Below, piece by piece: positions 18,960 through 29,048 of a DNA stretch of 64,000 nt. The position numbers were made by a program, and so were the translations under genes. Below the pieces are notes generated by a model. That model was not told the origin of the DNA, made no database searches, and saw only the letters and a program-made list of their open reading frames with translations. The stretch's first letter is position 1; every line of letters begins with the position of its first letter. Source of the stretch: an uncultured Oscillospiraceae bacterium (GTDB taxonomy: Bacteria; Bacillota; Clostridia; Christensenellales; CAG-138); the NCBI GenBank assembly GCA_964440115.1, contig CAYTPV010000001.1, forward strand, positions 341,528 through 405,527, in the 5' to 3' direction.

Positions 18960-19837
18960 ACCTTATCCGTACTTTTCTCGCCGAAGAGGCCGGTCGGCCT
19001 GCAGAGAAGCATAATGATGAGCAGCAGGAACGTAAATGCGTCGCTGAACGTGGAATACCCCAACGCTACAAGCATTGTCTCAGATATACCGATCAACAGA
19101 CCGCCCACCACTGCGCCGGGAATACTGCCTATTCCGCCGAACACCGCCGCCACAAAGCATTTGAGGCCCGGCAGCGTACCGGAAAACGGCGTAACGGACA
19201 TACGGTCCGTAAAATAGAGTATAGAACCGATCGCCGCAAGCGCGGAGCCGATGACGAACGTAACGCTGATAACGGTATTGATTTTTATGCCCATCAGCTG
19301 AGATGTTTCAAAATCCTTACTGACAGCACGCATCGCCATGCCTACTTTGGTATGGTTGATGAGCATCATCAGCGCGATGACCAGCAATACCGTAAGCACA
19401 GGCGTCAGAAATGTGACGAGGCTTGCAGAAAGGTCGCCGAGCTGGAATATTCGTTTTAAGAACGGTATTTCCGGATAGGGCCGCGGAATGGCTGTGAACA
19501 GATAAGTCGCCAAATTCTGCAGCAAATAGGAAACACCTATGGCGGAAATCATGATGGACATGCGCGGGGCCCGGCGCAATGGCTTATATGCCGCGCGCTC
19601 TATAGCGACGCCCAGCACGATCGTCGCGATGATGACGACGGGGATCGCAATCTGCCAGGGCATGCTCGACATGCAGAATATCATAAAATATCCGGCAATC
19701 ATAAAAATTTCGCCGTGTGCGAAGTTAATCAGCCGCAATATGCCATATACCATCGTATAGCCGATGGCAATAAGGGCATAGGCGCCGCCAAGCGATATAC
19801 CCGTCAGGCAATGCTGCAACAAAGTTGTCAGGCTCAT
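18956..19837 (-). CDS. livH: Branched-chain amino acid ABC transporter permease (LivH-like)
   Basis: Polytopic permease with INFAHGEIFMIAGY, typical of LivH. Confidence 0.85.
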   Translation of the reverse strand: MSLTTLLQHCLTGISLGGAYALIAIGYTMVYGILRLINFAHGEIFMIAGYFMIFCMSSMPWQIAIPVVIIATIVLGVAIERAAYKPLRRAPRMSIMISAIGVSYLLQNLATYLFTAIPRPYPEIPFLKRIFQLGDLSASLVTFLTPVLTVLLVIALMMLINHTKVGMAMRAVSKDFETSQLMGIKINTVISVTFVIGSALAAIGSILYFTDRMSVTPFSGTLPGLKCFVAAVFGGIGSIPGAVVGGLLIGISETMLVALGYSTFSDAFTFLLLIIMLLCRPTGLFGEKSTDKV

Positions 19838-20029
19838 GAAAGGAACGCCCTCCCCAATAGTACTTGAAACAGAAGTTTTTGTGAGCGCACGGCCTGATGT
19901 GTGATCGCCGTCTGCTCTAAGCGATTCATACTAACAAATGTATTTCGTATATGCAGAAGTTATATAGTAAGAATACTCGTAATGTACCGGCTTGTAAAGA
20001 GCATGGACTAATCATATATTCACAGATTT

Positions 20030-20067
20030 TGGAAATAAAGAAGGCGGGAGACGAGGCGCCTCCCGCC
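20030..20067 (-). terminator. Intra-operon terminator/attenuator after the binding-protein gene
   Basis: The minus strand reads GGCGGGAG-loop-CTCCCGCC followed by TTCTTTATTT. Confidence 0.6.
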
Positions 20068-20085
20068 CTCCTTAGCGGCAGGTAA

Positions 20086-21321
20086 TTAACCTCCGACCTT
20101 GACTGTCTTGAGGAACTTGAACTGGCCGTCCTGCACGGTCTTGATGAAAGCCATGTCCTTCTTGGCATCGCCGTTTTCATCGAAGGAGATAGCGCCGGTC
20201 ACGCCTTCAATATTTACGCCCACGAGCGCGTCGCGGATGGCGACGGAGTCGGTGGAGTTGGCCTTCTTGATGGCTTCAAGCGCGGTGATGTAAGCATCAT
20301 ATCCAAGCGCGGAAACGGCGGGAATGATTTCGGACTGACCGTTATCCTTCAGATACTTCTTGAAGCCTTCGATGAATTTGGCAGCTTCCGCGGTAGCGGG
20401 GTCTGCATCATCAAAGAAGGTGGACAGCACGATGCCTTCAGCATCCTTGCCGGCATTTTCAATAATGGAGGCGTTTTCCCATGTGTCGCCAGCCATGATC
20501 TTGGCGGTGATGCCAAGCTCACGTGCCTGCTTGATGATCAAGGGAGCGGTGGCGATGGAAGAGGGCGCGAATATAACGTCCGGATTGGCGGCCTTGATGT
20601 TGGTGAGGATGGCCTTGAAATCCGTCTGATTGGTCTGGAACTGTTCTTCAGAAGCGACGGTGCCGCCCAGCTTCACGAAGGCATCCTTAAAGAAGCTGCC
20701 CAAGCCGGAGGAGTAGTCGTCACCCAGCTGCGTGATGATGGCAGCAGTCTTGGCGCCTTCCTGCACAGCATAGTTTGCCATGACGGTGCCCTGGAAGGGA
20801 TCGAGGAAGCAAACGCGGAAGTAGAAGTCGTTGCCCAGCGTAACCTGCGGGTTGGTGCAGGAAGCGCCAATGGCGGCAACCTTCGCTTCGGCGAAGATTT
20901 CGCCAGCCGCGATGGACACGCCGGAGCCGTAGGAACCGAGTATGACCTTGCAGTCCGCGCTGATCAGGCTCTGCGCGGCGGATACAGCCTCAGTCTTATC
21001 GGACTTGTTATCCGCTTCGACCAGCTCGATCTTGTACGTTTCGCCGTTGATGTCGACGGTCGGATACACGGTGTTTGCATAGCGCATACCCATGACTTCC
21101 TGGAGACCGCCGCCGCCGTTTTCACCGGTCTGTGGTTCAAACACGCCGATCTTGATGACCTTGTCGCCTGCCGCGGGCTGTTCGGCAGGAGCAGCGGTCG
21201 CTTCCGCAGCGGGTGCAGCGGGTGCAGCAGTAGCTTCCGGCGTGGCCGCAGGTGCGCACGCAGTCAGGAACGCCGCCATTGCCATTGCGATGGCAAGTAC
21301 CAGCATCAGTGTCTTCTTCAT
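20086..21321 (-). CDS. livJ: Branched-chain amino acid ABC transporter substrate-binding lipoprotein
   Basis: MKKTLMLVLAIAMAMAAFLTAC lipobox, an Ala/Pro/Glu-rich linker, then a type-I periplasmic binding fold. AAGGAGG RBS precedes ATG 21321. Confidence 0.85.
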   Translation of the reverse strand: MKKTLMLVLAIAMAMAAFLTACAPAATPEATAAPAAPAAEATAAPAEQPAAGDKVIKIGVFEPQTGENGGGGLQEVMGMRYANTVYPTVDINGETYKIELVEADNKSDKTEAVSAAQSLISADCKVILGSYGSGVSIAAGEIFAEAKVAAIGASCTNPQVTLGNDFYFRVCFLDPFQGTVMANYAVQEGAKTAAIITQLGDDYSSGLGSFFKDAFVKLGGTVASEEQFQTNQTDFKAILTNIKAANPDVIFAPSSIATAPLIIKQARELGITAKIMAGDTWENASIIENAGKDAEGIVLSTFFDDADPATAEAAKFIEGFKKYLKDNGQSEIIPAVSALGYDAYITALEAIKKANSTDSVAIRDALVGVNIEGVTGAISFDENGDAKKDMAFIKTVQDGQFKFLKTVKVGG

Positions 21322-21400
21322 GTAGAGTTTCCTCCTTTTCATGATGTGCAAATATTAGATTTGCATGACCCTATCGGGGCTCGTGCATGAGCCCTGTTCC

Positions 21401-21429
21401 ATTATACACATGGCAGTCAATTAAATCAA
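21401..21429 (-). promoter_or_regulatory. Sigma-A-type promoter of the liv operon
   Basis: The minus strand reads TTGATT, 17 nt, TATAAT (plus 21424-21429 and 21401-21406). Confidence 0.55.
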
Positions 21430-21585
21430 CGAAAGTATATAATTTCAGCAACGGCAAAGCGCCTGTTTCCGCCGGGAAACGGGCGCTTATGACAATAATA
21501 TATTCTATATTATCGATACAGTGATGAATAAGTCGCCTGCGGCTTCGCGCAGGATATTTTCACAGAGCATGCATGATGCGCTGCA

Positions 21586-23064
21586 TCAAAGCAATATGCA
21601 AATCAATCCATTGCAGCCGTCGTTGACGATACGCTGCAGCGTCCTCTGCAGTTTTTCCTGCACATTATCCGGCATTCTGCCCGCCTTGCCCGCCATACTT
21701 TCGCGAACGAGGTCATAGAGCGGTTTGCCGAAAATATTGGTCTGCCAGATGGCTGCGGGATCTTTCTCGAACGTATCCATCAAATAATCCACCAGCGCTT
21801 CGGATTGCTGCGCGCTGCCCACGATGGGATTGACCTCCGTCTGCATATCCACACGGAATATCTGCAGACCCGAAGCATTCGCGCGCAGGCGGACACCAAA
21901 CTTGCTGCCCTGCTGCACGATTTCCGGCTCCATGAGTTCCATTTCATCTATACAGGGCGGTACCATGCCATAGCCAAGCGCCTGTGCGGATTCCAACGCG
22001 CCTGCAACGCGGTCATATGCACGCTTCGCGTCCGAGAAGCTGCGCAGTGTGGACATCAGCTCGTAATCGTCGGCAATATCGCAGCCCGACGCCTCGCTCA
22101 GAATGACGAAAAACATATCCGGATCAGGTTCCAGATTGAACACGGCGCGCCCCGACCCAAGATCCACCTGCTCCACTGTGGCTGGAGCAAATGATTCGAG
22201 ATTGGATAAAGAATCAGTCAGCGCCTTGTGGTCACGCATGCGTGCCATCTGCGGCGCACACTCTTTTACAGGCTGCAATACACGCTGCATGAGCCAGTGA
22301 TCGGGCGGGAGCTCCATCATATATCCCGGCAGCCTAATTTGCAGCATCGTCATGGGGAATTCCATGAGCACTTGGGACAGTAGATCGCTGGCCTCGCCGC
22401 CGCTCATATGCAGCGCGTCAAGCGTCACGACGCTTACGCCATGCTTTTTCTCCAGATCGTCTTTGAGCTGCTGCGCACGCGCACCCATCGGGTCGGTGCT
22501 GTTGATGACGATTACAAAGGGCTTTCCGGTGGCCTTCAATTCGTTGACCACACGATCCTCCGCTTCCACATAGCTGTCGCGCGGAATATCCGTAATGCTG
22601 CCGTCGGTCGTCATCACAACGCCAATGGTGGAATGGTCCGTGATGACTTTTCGCGTGCCGATTTCGGCCGCTTCCTCGAAGGGAATCTCGTCGTCGAACC
22701 ATGGAGTCCGAACCATGCGGGGCACATCCTGTTCCATATGGCCGATCGCGCCCGGTACCCAATACCCCACGCAATCCACCATGCGCACATTGCAATGCGC
22801 ATTGTCGCCAAGATCCAGACGCACGGCCTCGTTCGGGACAAATTTGGGCTGCGTGGTCATGATGGTTTTGCCCGTACCGCTCTGCGGAAGCTCATCCACC
22901 ACGCGCGCGCGTACGTACTCGTTCTCGATGCCGGGTACTACCAGATGATCCATAAATCTTTTGATAAACGTGGATTTTCCCGTGCGCACCGGGCCGACAA
23001 CGCCAATATAAATATCGCCCTGGGTGCGCTTTGCAATATCCTGATACAGCTCCATTCTATCCAT
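21586..23064 (-). CDS. spoIVA: Stage IV sporulation protein A (coat morphogenetic ATPase)
   Basis: DIAKRTQGDIYIGVVGPVRTGKSTFIKRFMD Walker A N-terminus, 492 aa, AGGAGG RBS. Confidence 0.92.
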   Translation of the reverse strand: MDRMELYQDIAKRTQGDIYIGVVGPVRTGKSTFIKRFMDHLVVPGIENEYVRARVVDELPQSGTGKTIMTTQPKFVPNEAVRLDLGDNAHCNVRMVDCVGYWVPGAIGHMEQDVPRMVRTPWFDDEIPFEEAAEIGTRKVITDHSTIGVVMTTDGSITDIPRDSYVEAEDRVVNELKATGKPFVIVINSTDPMGARAQQLKDDLEKKHGVSVVTLDALHMSGGEASDLLSQVLMEFPMTMLQIRLPGYMMELPPDHWLMQRVLQPVKECAPQMARMRDHKALTDSLSNLESFAPATVEQVDLGSGRAVFNLEPDPDMFFVILSEASGCDIADDYELMSTLRSFSDAKRAYDRVAGALESAQALGYGMVPPCIDEMELMEPEIVQQGSKFGVRLRANASGLQIFRVDMQTEVNPIVGSAQQSEALVDYLMDTFEKDPAAIWQTNIFGKPLYDLVRESMAGKAGRMPDNVQEKLQRTLQRIVNDGCNGLICILL

Positions 23065-23187
23065 ACCGGGGCCTCCTTCTCAATGCATCTGCTAAAACAA
23101 TAGATATATATGTAGAAGCATGGAAAAACAGAATGGGAAATTATCCCCGGATAGCAGAACAGCAGGCAAATGACTTTGCCTTTTCAG

Positions 23188-23323
23188 CCACTGTTAAAGT
23201 CCTCTGGACTTTATCAGTGGGTTTTCTGCAGGTTAGAATGCCGCTCATGGCGGCATTCTAACCCAACTTCGGCGAATAAATCGCCGAAGTTGAATAAAGT
23301 GTGGGGGATTAGATCCCCCACAC
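23188..23323. repeat. Array of four back-to-back perfect or near-perfect hairpins (stems 15, 14, 12, 10 bp)
   Basis: Hairpin spans are 23188-23220, 23231-23263, 23264-23292 and 23299-23323. The last one is followed on the minus strand by TTTATT and probably terminates the upstream DUF218 gene. Confidence 0.6.
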
Positions 23324-23392
23324 CCCCATATAGAGTTCATACGCAAGCTAAACCATGGCTATGCCGGCTGTGTAATAATGTAATCGTAAGCG

Positions 23393-24151
23393 CTATATCT
23401 TTCCTTTGAATGCATACTCCCAGACAGCCACGCACTCGCGAAGGTGGTTGTTGAGGGAAATATACCACACATCCGGCGCTGCGATGCCGTTGACATGCAT
23501 CCCCAGCTTTTGTGCGACACGCTGCGCTCTGTATACATGAAAATCCGTCGTAACAAACGCTACGGTCGCGTCAGCGCCAAAGCGGTCGCGTATGATGGCT
23601 AGGGAATACAGAAAGTTCTCCTGTGTGCTCTCAGACTTATCTTCCTTAATAAACCGAGAGGATGCTATCCCTTTTTGTGCAAAATATCGCGCCATGGCTT
23701 CCGCCTCGCTGATACGTTCCCCTTCCCCTTTTCCGCCGGATAGTATCGCGACAGATCCGGGGTTCTCGTTCAGGTAAGCGATCGCCGTATCCATACGGCG
23801 TTTGAGTACAAGCGTTGGCCGTTCTCCTCTTAAGCCCGCTCCAAGCACAATCACCGCGTCAGCGCCCTGCGGCGCTTCTCTGTTCGCTGCCGCATGTATC
23901 AGCACGCAGGTGGCGGTAAACAGAACAAACGCCAGAGCATAACCCGAGATGAGCAGCCATTTGAGGAAATTCCCAGCCGCAGACGTAAAGAACAATGCCA
24001 ATTTGGGCAAGAACAAGCCGATGAGCAACAATGGCAAACCCATTATGCCGGGCAGCCAAACGCCCAGATTCATATTGCTGATACAGGCGATACAGAGCGT
24101 ATCCAGCACGCCGAACGCACCCAGCGTGAGCAGCGCGACGCGAAGCAGCAT
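23393..24151 (-). CDS. YdcF/DUF218-family protein with N-terminal TM segments
   Basis: VIVLGAGLRGERPTLVLKRRMDTAIAYL ... ILSGGKGEGERISEAEAM is the DUF218 core. The start is set at the MLLRVALL Met and is uncertain. Confidence 0.75.
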   Translation of the reverse strand: MLLRVALLTLGAFGVLDTLCIACISNMNLGVWLPGIMGLPLLLIGLFLPKLALFFTSAAGNFLKWLLISGYALAFVLFTATCVLIHAAANREAPQGADAVIVLGAGLRGERPTLVLKRRMDTAIAYLNENPGSVAILSGGKGEGERISEAEAMARYFAQKGIASSRFIKEDKSESTQENFLYSLAIIRDRFGADATVAFVTTDFHVYRAQRVAQKLGMHVNGIAAPDVWYISLNNHLRECVAVWEYAFKGKI

Positions 24152-24252
24152 AGTTCCGCCTTTCCCGGCGCCGCACCAACGGCGCACGCCTGATGGTTTA
24201 GACGGCAGATTGAAGCCGCCTTAGACCAGTATATCAGACGAGGCCTTTATAT

Positions 24253-24630
24253 TCACCCCCATACCGCATAAATGGCCTGCACCACCAGCGCGACAGGCAA
24301 GCTCAAAATAAGCCAGAGCATGCTGTACTTGAGGCATACCTGGCCATAAAGCTGAAACCGACGCGAAGAATAATCCCACACGCCCATCTGAAACCCCACA
24401 TTGACGATGGCGCCGGTTACAAATTCCATGGAAGTGATGAGCAACGCGCCGATAATGCATTTGAGAAGCAGCAGTCCGCCGCCCATTCGCGTGAATACAA
24501 GATACAAGAGCGTGAATGTGATGCCGCCGGTTATTCCCATGCTCCAATGTGTGTGACCTCTCCATACGCATTCCAGAAGCAGGTACCCTATGCCGCCGAA
24601 CAGGAATAATAAGATATAAAATTTCGCCAT
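24253..24630 (-). CDS. Small polytopic membrane protein (putative ABC-transporter type IV / CmpB-like family)
   Basis: MAKFYILLFLFGGIGYLLLECVWRGHTHWSM... with GAGGAGGG RBS. Family assignment is from memory. Confidence 0.6.
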   Translation of the reverse strand: MAKFYILLFLFGGIGYLLLECVWRGHTHWSMGITGGITFTLLYLVFTRMGGGLLLLKCIIGALLITSMEFVTGAIVNVGFQMGVWDYSSRRFQLYGQVCLKYSMLWLILSLPVALVVQAIYAVWG

Positions 24631-24784
24631 ATGATCCCTCCTCACTCTAACATGTGTGAGAAGAAAAGAATTCATGCAAAACGGCAGGTTTAGGTACAAA
24701 ACAGCGGCTTTACAGCCGCTGTTCATTTAATAATTCGATTTACCGTAATTCAACATACTATTTGTTTTTTCGTCAAATACCGCG

Positions 24785-25810
24785 CTATTCCTGTACGCCG
24801 TATTGCTTTTTGGCAAACCGCCAGGTGTCCTCGCACATTTCCGCAATGCCCCGCTGCGCAATATACCCATAGAGTTCTTTTGCCTTGTGTGTATCTGCGT
24901 AACACTCTGCGATATCGCCGGGTCTGCGGCCCGCTATGCGATACGGAATACTTCTTCCGCTGGCCTGTTCAAACGCGCGCACAATTTCCAGCACGCTCGT
25001 ACCGCTGCCCGTACCCAAGTTTACCGCCTCAACGCCTGTATGCTCCATACAATAACGAAGCGCCGCTATATGCCCCTCGGCAAGATCCACCACATGAATG
25101 TAATCGCGCACGCCTGTTCCATCCGGCGTGGGGTAATCATCGCCGAACACCGTAAGCTCTTTGAGCTTGCCGGATGCCACCTGCGCCACATACGGCAGCA
25201 GATTGTTGGGAATACCGCTGGGGTTTTCGCCGATCAGCCCGCTTTTGTGCGCGCCGATGGGGTTGAAGTAGCGCAGCAGCGCAACGCTCCATTCCGGATC
25301 AGCCGCGCAGATATCCTGCAATATGCGCTCAATCATGACCTTCGTACTGCCGTATGGATTGGTAGCCGAGGTAGGGAATTCTTCTTTGTATGGCACCGGA
25401 TTGTTAATGCCGTACACCGTTGCGGAAGACGAAAACACCATCCTTTTGCATCCCGCTTCCTGCATTGCGCGGCACAGCACCATAGAGCCGCCAATATTCG
25501 TTTCATAATAGGCAAGCGGTTTTGCTACGGATTCTCCTACCGCCTTCAACCCCGCGAAATGCATAACGGCGTCTATCGCATGCTCCGCGAATATTTGTCT
25601 GAGTTTGGCTTCATCCCGGATATCCGCCTCGTAAAACGAAAATTCACGCCCCGTCAGCGCTTCTATACGTGCAAGCACCTCCGGGTCAGAATTATAGAAG
25701 TTGTCCAAAACAACAATGTCATACCCCGCTTCGAGCAGTTCCACACAGGCATGGCTGCCAATATACCCTGCCCCGCCGGTGACCAGTATCTTTGTGCCGC
25801 TCTGTTTCAT
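24785..25810 (-). CDS. galE: UDP-glucose 4-epimerase
   Basis: KILVTGGAGYIGSH Rossmann motif, YGSTK catalytic motif, about 340 aa. GGGAGGGA RBS precedes ATG 25810. Confidence 0.9.
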   Translation of the reverse strand: MKQSGTKILVTGGAGYIGSHACVELLEAGYDIVVLDNFYNSDPEVLARIEALTGREFSFYEADIRDEAKLRQIFAEHAIDAVMHFAGLKAVGESVAKPLAYYETNIGGSMVLCRAMQEAGCKRMVFSSSATVYGINNPVPYKEEFPTSATNPYGSTKVMIERILQDICAADPEWSVALLRYFNPIGAHKSGLIGENPSGIPNNLLPYVAQVASGKLKELTVFGDDYPTPDGTGVRDYIHVVDLAEGHIAALRYCMEHTGVEAVNLGTGSGTSVLEIVRAFEQASGRSIPYRIAGRRPGDIAECYADTHKAKELYGYIAQRGIAEMCEDTWRFAKKQYGVQE

Positions 25811-26043
25811 TGGATTCCCTCCCGCATGCAGCGCTGTCATAAATTCAATCTGTGCAAGCTAATATAAAGTCTACCTTCCACACTGCACATGCGCAAGCAA
25901 AAATAAGCAAAATGTGCAAAATGCATTGCGTATAAAAGCCCCCGCGGCGTATACTCACTATTGGACGGAAAAAATTCTCATATGGATTTTCGTGCTGCAT
26001 ACCGCCGCACAAAAAATAGTTGTTAATAAGGAGACGATGCATT

Positions 26044-26892
26044 ATGAGCGAATCCTGCTCGCACGATTGCGGAAGCTGCGCCCAAAGCTGCGCGGATCGT
26101 AAAACTCCCGCCGATTTTCGGCAAAAGCCGCATGAAATGACTCATATACGCTATATCGTAGGCATTGTAAGCGGCAAAGGCGGCGTGGGCAAATCCCTCG
26201 TCACCAGCATGCTTGCGGTACTCGCACAGCGCGCCGGCCTTCGCGTAGGCATACTGGACGCGGACATCACCGGCCCCTCCATCCCCCGCTCTTTCGGCTT
26301 ACGAGACAAAGCGGAAGCATCCGAATTGGGGCTGCTGCCCTCCCGCACCAAAACAGGCATCGACGTAATGTCCGTCAATCTGCTGCTGCAAAATGATACC
26401 GACCCCGTCGTGTGGCGCGGCCCCATCATTGCGGGTACGGTAAAGCAGTTCTGGACGGATGTAGTTTGGGGTGATCTGGACATCATGTTCATCGACATGC
26501 CGCCGGGAACGGGCGACGTGCCGCTGACGGTGTTCCAATCCATACCCGTTGACGGCGTGGTTATCGTGACATCCCCGCAGGAACTCGTAGGCATGATCGT
26601 GGAAAAGGCTGTCAATATGGCGCATATGATGAATATCCCGGTGCTTGCCCTCGCTGAGAACATGAGCTATGTGCAATGCCCCGACTGCGGAAAGCGCATA
26701 CAGGCGTTTGGTGAAAGCCATGTGGAAGAAATAGCGAAAAAACACGGCATTGAAACCATTGCGAAATTGCCCATCGACCCCAAGCTCGCGGCGGCATGCG
26801 ATACAGGCATGATCGAACTATTCGACGGCGACTGGCTCAAGGGCCTGATGGACATTATTGAAAAGAAAATCGCCGAAAAACGGCAGGCATAG
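26044..26892 (+). CDS. Mrp/NBP35-family Fe-S cluster carrier ATPase
   Basis: Cys-rich N-terminus (CSHDCGSCAQSC), deviant Walker A SGKGGVGKS and a CPDCG motif. AAGGAGA RBS. Confidence 0.85.
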   Translation: MSESCSHDCGSCAQSCADRKTPADFRQKPHEMTHIRYIVGIVSGKGGVGKSLVTSMLAVLAQRAGLRVGILDADITGPSIPRSFGLRDKAEASELGLLPSRTKTGIDVMSVNLLLQNDTDPVVWRGPIIAGTVKQFWTDVVWGDLDIMFIDMPPGTGDVPLTVFQSIPVDGVVIVTSPQELVGMIVEKAVNMAHMMNIPVLALAENMSYVQCPDCGKRIQAFGESHVEEIAKKHGIETIAKLPIDPKLAAACDTGMIELFDGDWLKGLMDIIEKKIAEKRQA

Positions 26893-26924
26893 TTCAGGTT
26901 TCAGGTTTTCTATAGATGAACGCG

Positions 26925-26955
26925 AATATACAACAAAGCGTCTGCAATAGCAGAC
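26925..26955 (+). terminator. Bidirectional rho-independent terminator
   Basis: Stem GCGTCTGC / GCAGACGC is flanked by AAA and TTTGTTT. It lies between two converging genes. Confidence 0.7.
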
Positions 26956-27011
26956 GCTTTGTTTATGCTAATAATGCCTTCTGTTATCAGCCAATTCGGA
27001 TTGTATACGCA

Positions 27012-28043
27012 CTACGACGGCACGCTTACCCTTTTCTGCTCGCGCAGTGCACACAGCTCGCTGCTTCTTTGTTTGATATAGGAGGCCAGCTCCAGTTTAT
27101 CCGACCACTCGCGCGGAATGTGGCAATGATCTGCTGCGCCCAGAATATGTCCGCAAATGGTGCCCGTCGTATCGCTATCGCCATCATGATTGACCGCTGC
27201 ACAAACCGCCTGTTTAAAATTCAACCCCTTGAGTGCGCAATACAGACCGATGGCAAGCGCTTCCTCCGCCACCCAGCCCCCGCCCAGCTTGCGAATGGCA
27301 TGTTCTGTCTGCAGTGTACCGGCGCACAATTCTCTTGCCTTATCTACAGCCTGCTGCACCTCGCGGTATCCTTCATATCGTCTGAGCATTGCTGTCGCCT
27401 CATCGCATGCGACAGACAGTTTAATATCGCAGATAAGCAGTGCGATGATTGCTGCAAATACACCGGCAGATAGATATCCCGAGGGGTGCCCGTGCGTTAT
27501 CGCCGCTGCCTGCGCGCCTGTCCTGAACGCATACGCAGGGTCGGCATGCAAAAACAAACCTATGGACGCTGCCCGCATCAATCCGCCGGACCCTTTGCTG
27601 TCGTTGATAGGATCTTCCATGGTACCCATTTTGCCGCTTCGTAAAGCGCTTAGGCACGTAGTGCCCGGCGCACGACGAAAGAACAATTCCTTTTGCGAAA
27701 GTATGGAACCGGAACTCTCGTGCTGCTGCGTTTTTAAAAGATCAGGATCGGGTATTTCACCAGTCTGCGTATACAGCCAGCGCAGATACGAAGGGTATAG
27801 GCCGCCGGATGCATATGGCAATCCGCAGGTATATGCCCAAACCATACCGTCCAGCGTAAAAAGAGCCATCTGCGTATCATCCGAAATCAGAGCACGGCCT
27901 GTCTTGCTGTCTGTCTGCGGCTCCCGAATGCCCCCCGGTCCAAACCAGCTTTCTATCTGCGGCCAATGCATGAACTCTACTGTATACCCTAATGCATCCC
28001 CAATCGCGCCGCCCAGCATGCAGGCGACGAAGCGTTCTTTCAT
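27012..28043 (-). CDS. ADP-ribosylglycohydrolase family protein
   Basis: MKERFVACMLGGAIGDALGYTVEF, plus DSDTTGTICGHILGA near the C-terminus (the metal-binding Asp/Thr motifs of the family). Confidence 0.8.
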   Translation of the reverse strand: MKERFVACMLGGAIGDALGYTVEFMHWPQIESWFGPGGIREPQTDSKTGRALISDDTQMALFTLDGMVWAYTCGLPYASGGLYPSYLRWLYTQTGEIPDPDLLKTQQHESSGSILSQKELFFRRAPGTTCLSALRSGKMGTMEDPINDSKGSGGLMRAASIGLFLHADPAYAFRTGAQAAAITHGHPSGYLSAGVFAAIIALLICDIKLSVACDEATAMLRRYEGYREVQQAVDKARELCAGTLQTEHAIRKLGGGWVAEEALAIGLYCALKGLNFKQAVCAAVNHDGDSDTTGTICGHILGAADHCHIPREWSDKLELASYIKQRSSELCALREQKRVSVPS

Positions 28044-28257
28044 AATTGCAACCCCCATTAGCGTTGTATATGCGACTGCGGCTGTCCGTTTCATACACGG
28101 ACTGCCGCGTTCCCCATAAGTCGCGTAAAATGCGCAAAGCGTACATGCCTGCCTGCATATGCGGCAGGATGCCGCTGGATAATTTACTATATACTAGCTG
28201 CATTTTTCATCATACCATATTCATCCAATTTTGCAAGCCCGCAATTATGTGCATAAC

Positions 28258-28289
28258 AATAGAACCGGCAATGTCTTGCCGGTTCTATT
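28258..28289 (-). terminator. Hairpin terminator after the coat-protein pair
   Basis: 13-bp perfect stem AATAGAACCGGCA / TGCCGGTTCTATT. The T-tract is weak (ATTGTTAT). Confidence 0.5.
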
Positions 28290-28322
28290 ATGACTGTGCT
28301 ATTCTGCTAAACGCTGCAAGAC

Positions 28323-28676
28323 TTACATGCGCGGCTGCTTGGGCTGTGATCCTGAGAGCGGATTATTCTGGGTATGCCACGCGCCGGTATTGGTATTGGA
28401 CGCCTGCTGTGCATACGTATTCTTGATCTGCGTGATTTTGTCCTGCTGCGCGGCAGAAACCGGATAATACCCGCGCCTTTGCATATCGTTGAACACATCG
28501 AACTGAATGCTGTGCTCGTCATTGAGAATATCCAGCATAACCTTGCGAATCTCCGGGTTTGCGCATTCATTGGAATATGAATTCAGCATCCCGGTGACCT
28601 GTTTCTGTGATTCCAACGCGTCATGCAATACTTCCTTTTCGGAAAAACCATTATTCATGCTGTTGTTGCTGTTCAT
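28323..28676 (-). CDS. Spore coat protein, CotF/YraF-like (Coat_F domain)
   Basis: EKEVLHDALESQKQVTGMLNSYSNECANPEIRKVMLDILNDEHSIQFDVFNDMQRRGYY matches the Coat F pattern. Confidence 0.8.
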   Translation of the reverse strand: MNSNNSMNNGFSEKEVLHDALESQKQVTGMLNSYSNECANPEIRKVMLDILNDEHSIQFDVFNDMQRRGYYPVSAAQQDKITQIKNTYAQQASNTNTGAWHTQNNPLSGSQPKQPRM

Positions 28677-28690
28677 TTGAATTTCCTCCC

Positions 28691-28873
28691 TTAGAGCTGG
28701 CTATACAGCTTGTTGAAGTGTTCCTGATGACGCTGCGCAATGGTTTGCATTTTGGTCTTGACTTCCTGATCCTGTGCGCTTTGCGCAAGCGCATTGAACT
28801 TTTTGACCAGCAGTTCCTCGTAGCTGAGCAGGTCGCCAAGTGCCGACAGTTCTTTTTCCGAAAGATTGCTCAT
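28691..28873 (-). CDS. Small spore-coat-associated protein (YraG/YraD-like partner of CotF-type protein)
   Basis: 60 aa starting MSNLSEKELSALGDLLSYEELLVKKF..., with AGGAGG RBS. It ends 14 nt upstream of the CotF-like gene. The rest of the tracked 163-aa ORF is non-coding-like. Confidence 0.6.
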   Translation of the reverse strand: MSNLSEKELSALGDLLSYEELLVKKFNALAQSAQDQEVKTKMQTIAQRHQEHFNKLYSQL

Positions 28874-29048
28874 AGTGAAAAAAGCCTCCTGTTTGAAGAT
28901 GGCCTTAGTATGAAACCGAAACACGAATGCTATGCGTTGTACACGCTTAAACGCGAAACAACAAATGCCTTCAGAATAATTGATGCAGCCTGCAGCGTAC
29001 TCTAAAATAAACTTCAACAATGAAGCAAAACGATTGGAGGATGGTATA

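Noticed and set aside
23184-23194. 11-nt identity TTCAGCCACTG shared with 52807-52817
   Set aside because: An exact 11-mer shared between two sites is expected many times by chance in 64 kb on two strands. I do not use it as evidence for the repeat family.
27012-28043. ADP-ribosylglycohydrolase as the antitoxin half of a DarTG-like or ADP-ribosylation toxin system
   Set aside because: No adjacent ADP-ribosyltransferase or macrodomain gene is present. The neighbours are an Mrp ATPase and spore coat genes, each with its own terminator.
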